Source: Gammaproteobacteria bacterium (lineage in GTDB: Bacteria > Pseudomonadota > Gammaproteobacteria > Eutrophobiales > Eutrophobiaceae). From it: DNA of 64,000 nucleotides. Positions within the stretch are counted from its first letter, which is position 1. Each line of letters opens with the position of its first letter. Location of the stretch: the NCBI GenBank assembly GCA_965222155.1, contig CBDCTH010000012.1, forward strand, positions 320,001 through 384,000. The letters are read 5' to 3'. The notes beneath the pieces were generated by a model. The model saw nothing but the letters and a program-made list of their open reading frames with translations, was not told the origin of the DNA and did not search any database. This document shows positions 60,876 to 64,000 of this stretch, piece by piece. Made by a program: the position numbers and the translations under genes.

Positions 60876-61839
60876 AATCCATGCCGATGTCTTTTAAATG
60901 CCGCCGGTACTTCGAGGTAAATAAATCCGAACGCAAGTGCAGTTCTTCGCTCAGGTCCACGGGTAATAATTCAGGGCGCTGGGATTCAAGTATGGGAATG
61001 TCCTGACCGATAATCAGGCTGTGAAAGTCTGCGATATCCTGCTCGCTCAAATCCGCTGCGTAGTTATAAGCGGCGATAAAATGTGCCCATGACTTGTTTT
61101 CAGTCTCCGGCCTCACGGCAAACATCAGGACAAACTTTTCCTTGTTGCTGGGCGTGCCGATGTGTTTCACGAAGTAAACCGTTAACGGAGCCAGGATACC
61201 GAAGTCATACCAGGCATCCCCTCCTACCCCCGTGCCATCCGGGTCCGGTTGAAAATAACGCACATTTTTTACAAAATACCCATCTTCCGTATCTTCCACA
61301 CGGTAATCATCAATGACTGCGTGACTGGAATCCCCCAATATGCCGTCGTGCAGGATCGGAGGGTGCGACAGGTCCAGGAAGTTTTCCACTACCCGCGGGG
61401 CACCGGCGTTGATTTCATAAGGACCACAGGGAATCACGCGATAATCAGGTTCATTGAACTGGGGTAGATCAGGCAAAGGGCGTGAAGTGTCGCCGAGGTT
61501 CACCCAGATTAACCCGGCATGTTCCCTGGCCTGGTAAATGGCAGTCGCTCTGGCCTTGGCCGGCATCCTGATCTCGGGATGGGCCGGAATATACTCGCAC
61601 TGGCCTGCGTCATTATATTCCCAGCCGTGATAGGCGCAGCGAAGGCGGTTGTTGCAAACAGTCCCCAGGCTCAAACGTACTCCGCGATGGACACAGAGGT
61701 CTTTCCAGGCGCAGAGCCTGTCTTTTGAACGCCAGACCACCAGATCTTCACCCAGTACCGTGGCCGCGATCGGTTTTTCATCGGTCAAGGTCCCGGCCAA
61801 CCCGACAGGATGCCAATATTGTTTGATCACTTCAGTCAT
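60862..61839 (-). CDS. Rieske oxygenase (VanA-like)
   Basis: CVHRG...CAYHGW, ENFLDLSHPPILH, QDIPILESQRP. Confidence 0.88.
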   Translation of the reverse strand: MTEVIKQYWHPVGLAGTLTDEKPIAATVLGEDLVVWRSKDRLCAWKDLCVHRGVRLSLGTVCNNRLRCAYHGWEYNDAGQCEYIPAHPEIRMPAKARATAIYQAREHAGLIWVNLGDTSRPLPDLPQFNEPDYRVIPCGPYEINAGAPRVVENFLDLSHPPILHDGILGDSSHAVIDDYRVEDTEDGYFVKNVRYFQPDPDGTGVGGDAWYDFGILAPLTVYFVKHIGTPSNKEKFVLMFAVRPETENKSWAHFIAAYNYAADLSEQDIADFHSLIIGQDIPILESQRPELLPVDLSEELHLRSDLFTSKYRRHLKDIGMDFGIV

Positions 61840-61854
61840 TATTTCACCTCGCTG

Positions 61855-63081
61855 TTACCCGGCGCGTTTGATATCGATGAAAGGCAGCCTTACAACCGTG
61901 GCATCAATCTGACCGGTTTCACGACCAACTTCAAATTCCACTGAAACTTCCGTACCGGGATCGCTGTGATCCGCATCGATAAATGCGAAACCGGCAATGC
62001 TGTTTGCAGCGGGGCTCCAGGCAATGCTGGTAGCCCGGCCGATTGTTTTGTTGTTCATCGTGATATTCAAGGGATACCAAACCGGTACAGGCACGACCAC
62101 CGGTGGCAAACCTTGTTTAGTAAACAATCCGGCAATTCCCTCCCAATCAATCAGTAACCCCCGCATTTTCCTGGCTGCCCCCGTTTCCTTTTCCCGCATC
62201 AGCGCCTCCTTGCCGATGAAGCCGGCTTTATCCAGATGTACGAAATTACCTATACGCATTTCATACGGCGACCTTTCGTCCTGCCTGTCAACTTCGATGG
62301 CCGCGCCGCGTTCCGTATCAGTACCTGCTCCCGTATAGTCGGGGCCCACAATGATCAACCCTGCTTCCATGCGCGCCACGTCATGGGCATGGAACCCGGC
62401 AGGCTGCAAACCGAAGCGTTCTGCGTGCCGGTAAACGGCATCCCAGACAGAGCTAGCACCTTCGTTCTCCACCCACAACTCACAACCATGCTCACCGGTA
62501 AACCCTTGACGCATGACGGCAACCTCAACACCATCAATTTCTATATGGCGGATGCGCGAGAAGGCAAAATCCGACCAGTCCTCACCTGTCGACGCTTCCA
62601 GCACAAGCCGTGATTTCGGTCCCTGTAATGCCAGGATGCCATAGTCATGGCTGATATCGATGATCTCTATATCAAATCCCCGTGCATGTTGATTAAGCCA
62701 GTGGTATTGGGGATCGGTGGAGATGCGAAATTTATCCTTCTCCAACCTGAATATCATGCCGTCACCCACGGTTTTTCCGTTGTCGTTGCACCAAGGTGAA
62801 TAATAGATCTGTCCGATCTGCTGACCGGTCATATCACGTGTCACCAGGTAATCCAGGAACCGTTCCGCATCGGGGCCTATAATGTCGTATTTCCCCAGCG
62901 GAGACATGTCTATGGTTGCGGCGGTGTTACGAATGGCATGGTATTCCGTGTTAAAACCGTTAAATGTATCCACTATGTGATACTTGTCCCAGGCAACCCA
63001 GCGCTGGTTAAAATTTAACGGTGCCGTTCGGGCATTAAACGGTGTGCCGACAAAATCGGTAGTTTGTACATGTACGCTCAA
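61855..63081 (-). CDS. GcvT-family aminomethyltransferase, paralog of 58556-59785
   Basis: Same motifs (GTPF, DMSPL, RQGFTGEHG, VVVP.P.WYP). Confidence 0.9.
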   Translation of the reverse strand: MSVHVQTTDFVGTPFNARTAPLNFNQRWVAWDKYHIVDTFNGFNTEYHAIRNTAATIDMSPLGKYDIIGPDAERFLDYLVTRDMTGQQIGQIYYSPWCNDNGKTVGDGMIFRLEKDKFRISTDPQYHWLNQHARGFDIEIIDISHDYGILALQGPKSRLVLEASTGEDWSDFAFSRIRHIEIDGVEVAVMRQGFTGEHGCELWVENEGASSVWDAVYRHAERFGLQPAGFHAHDVARMEAGLIIVGPDYTGAGTDTERGAAIEVDRQDERSPYEMRIGNFVHLDKAGFIGKEALMREKETGAARKMRGLLIDWEGIAGLFTKQGLPPVVVPVPVWYPLNITMNNKTIGRATSIAWSPAANSIAGFAFIDADHSDPGTEVSVEFEVGRETGQIDATVVRLPFIDIKRAG

Positions 63082-63191
63082 GGCATTTCTCCTGATAAAT
63101 TATTGACGTATCCATGATAAAAAAGGAATGTTTGCAAGTGAGGATTATTTGTCTGAAAGTCACATTTCCCTAATCTATACTAAACGTATAA

Positions 63192-64000
63192 ATGAATATT
63201 TTCACTAAGGACCAGCCATTTCAATTTGGCGATGCAGTTTTTCCGGCCGGAGGCCGTTATGGTCCTGTAACCCATGAGCATCTGGACATCTCTGTGATTC
63301 TTGAGGGTGAAGCAACATTTGTGATAGATGGAACAGAAAATCATTATTTATCCGGTACCGCAATATTTGCCTATTCAGAAGAATACTTTGAAGTGACCCT
63401 GCCAAAAGGCAAACGGCATGTTATATGCTGGTGTCATACCGGTGAACTGTCCATTCCGAAAAAATACAAACTCCAACTTAAATCCATAACCAACGCGCAG
63501 CCCGCATCGAAATTAATGATGTTATTAATAAAGGAAGGCATTAATTTGGATCATGGTGAGAGTGTCAATTTAAGCAGATTGCGAAATTCGCTGGGAGAAG
63601 CCGTGTTCAATGAATATTTCTACCGTGCCAATCTTAAGGAAGAAGACAGCATTTATCCTCCCGCGGTTGCGAGATCAAAACGATTTATAGAGAACAATTT
63701 TACCGGCGCCTGCGATTTGAACGATATTGGCACTCACGTGGGTTTAAACCCTCGTTATTTACTACGGTTATTTAAACGGCATGTTGGTATGACACCAATA
63801 CGCTATCTGTGGCGTTTACGGGCAGAAAGAGGTGTGTACCTGTTACACCAGTCCAAACTGAGCGTAAACCATATAGCTGAGCAATGTGGTTTTCAATCTC
63901 CCCATCATTTCTCACGCCATATAAAAGAACATTACGGTTTGTCTCCGATGAACCTGAGACAACAAACAAGGCAGCGGGATCCCTTTAAGTTTAATAATGA
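63192..64000 (+). CDS. AraC-family regulator (3'-partial, absent from the ORF track)
   Basis: ATG at 63192 (MNIFTKD), frame open to the window end; RYLLRLFKRHVGMTP...IAEQCGFQSPHHFSR. Confidence 0.9.
   Translation, partial: MNIFTKDQPFQFGDAVFPAGGRYGPVTHEHLDISVILEGEATFVIDGTENHYLSGTAIFAYSEEYFEVTLPKGKRHVICWCHTGELSIPKKYKLQLKSITNAQPASKLMMLLIKEGINLDHGESVNLSRLRNSLGEAVFNEYFYRANLKEEDSIYPPAVARSKRFIENNFTGACDLNDIGTHVGLNPRYLLRLFKRHVGMTPIRYLWRLRAERGVYLLHQSKLSVNHIAEQCGFQSPHHFSRHIKEHYGLSPMNLRQQTRQRDPFKFNN

Overview
Chromosomal window from a proteobacterium, probably a gammaproteobacterium (recA-recX-alaS-lysC-csrA-tRNA-Ser(GCT) order; rsmE-gshA). Core genes alternate with accessory DNA in six blocks. (1) 1-3.5 kb: a sulfatase and two exported hydrolases. 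(2) 4.2-20 kb: an MSHA-like type IV filament cluster with a secretin, an MshEN-type ATPase, a 1004-aa repeat-containing PilX-like protein, two pilins, a PilGHI/Xap-like ABC system and an embedded toxin-antitoxin (TA) pair. (3) 23.2-33 kb, between gshA and recA: higBA, a MITE-bracketed orphan virB3/virB2-like pair, and a GC-rich ~2400-aa Fn3/Ig-repeat autotransporter. Its start codon is out of frame across a C20 tract and it carries two further +1C frameshifts. (4) Housekeeping block recA to csrA. (5) A ~19 kb island separating tRNA-Ser and tRNA-Arg, with a Rieske oxygenase, a SnoaL-CDGSH fusion, an RloA-like ATPase, deaminases, a TonB receptor, an MFS transporter, an RdhA/QueG-like pseudogene, fhs, an alcohol dehydrogenase and three TA pairs. 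(6) A GcvT-Rieske-Rieske-GcvT operon with a divergent AraC regulator. All family calls come from motif recognition by eye; no database searches were run.
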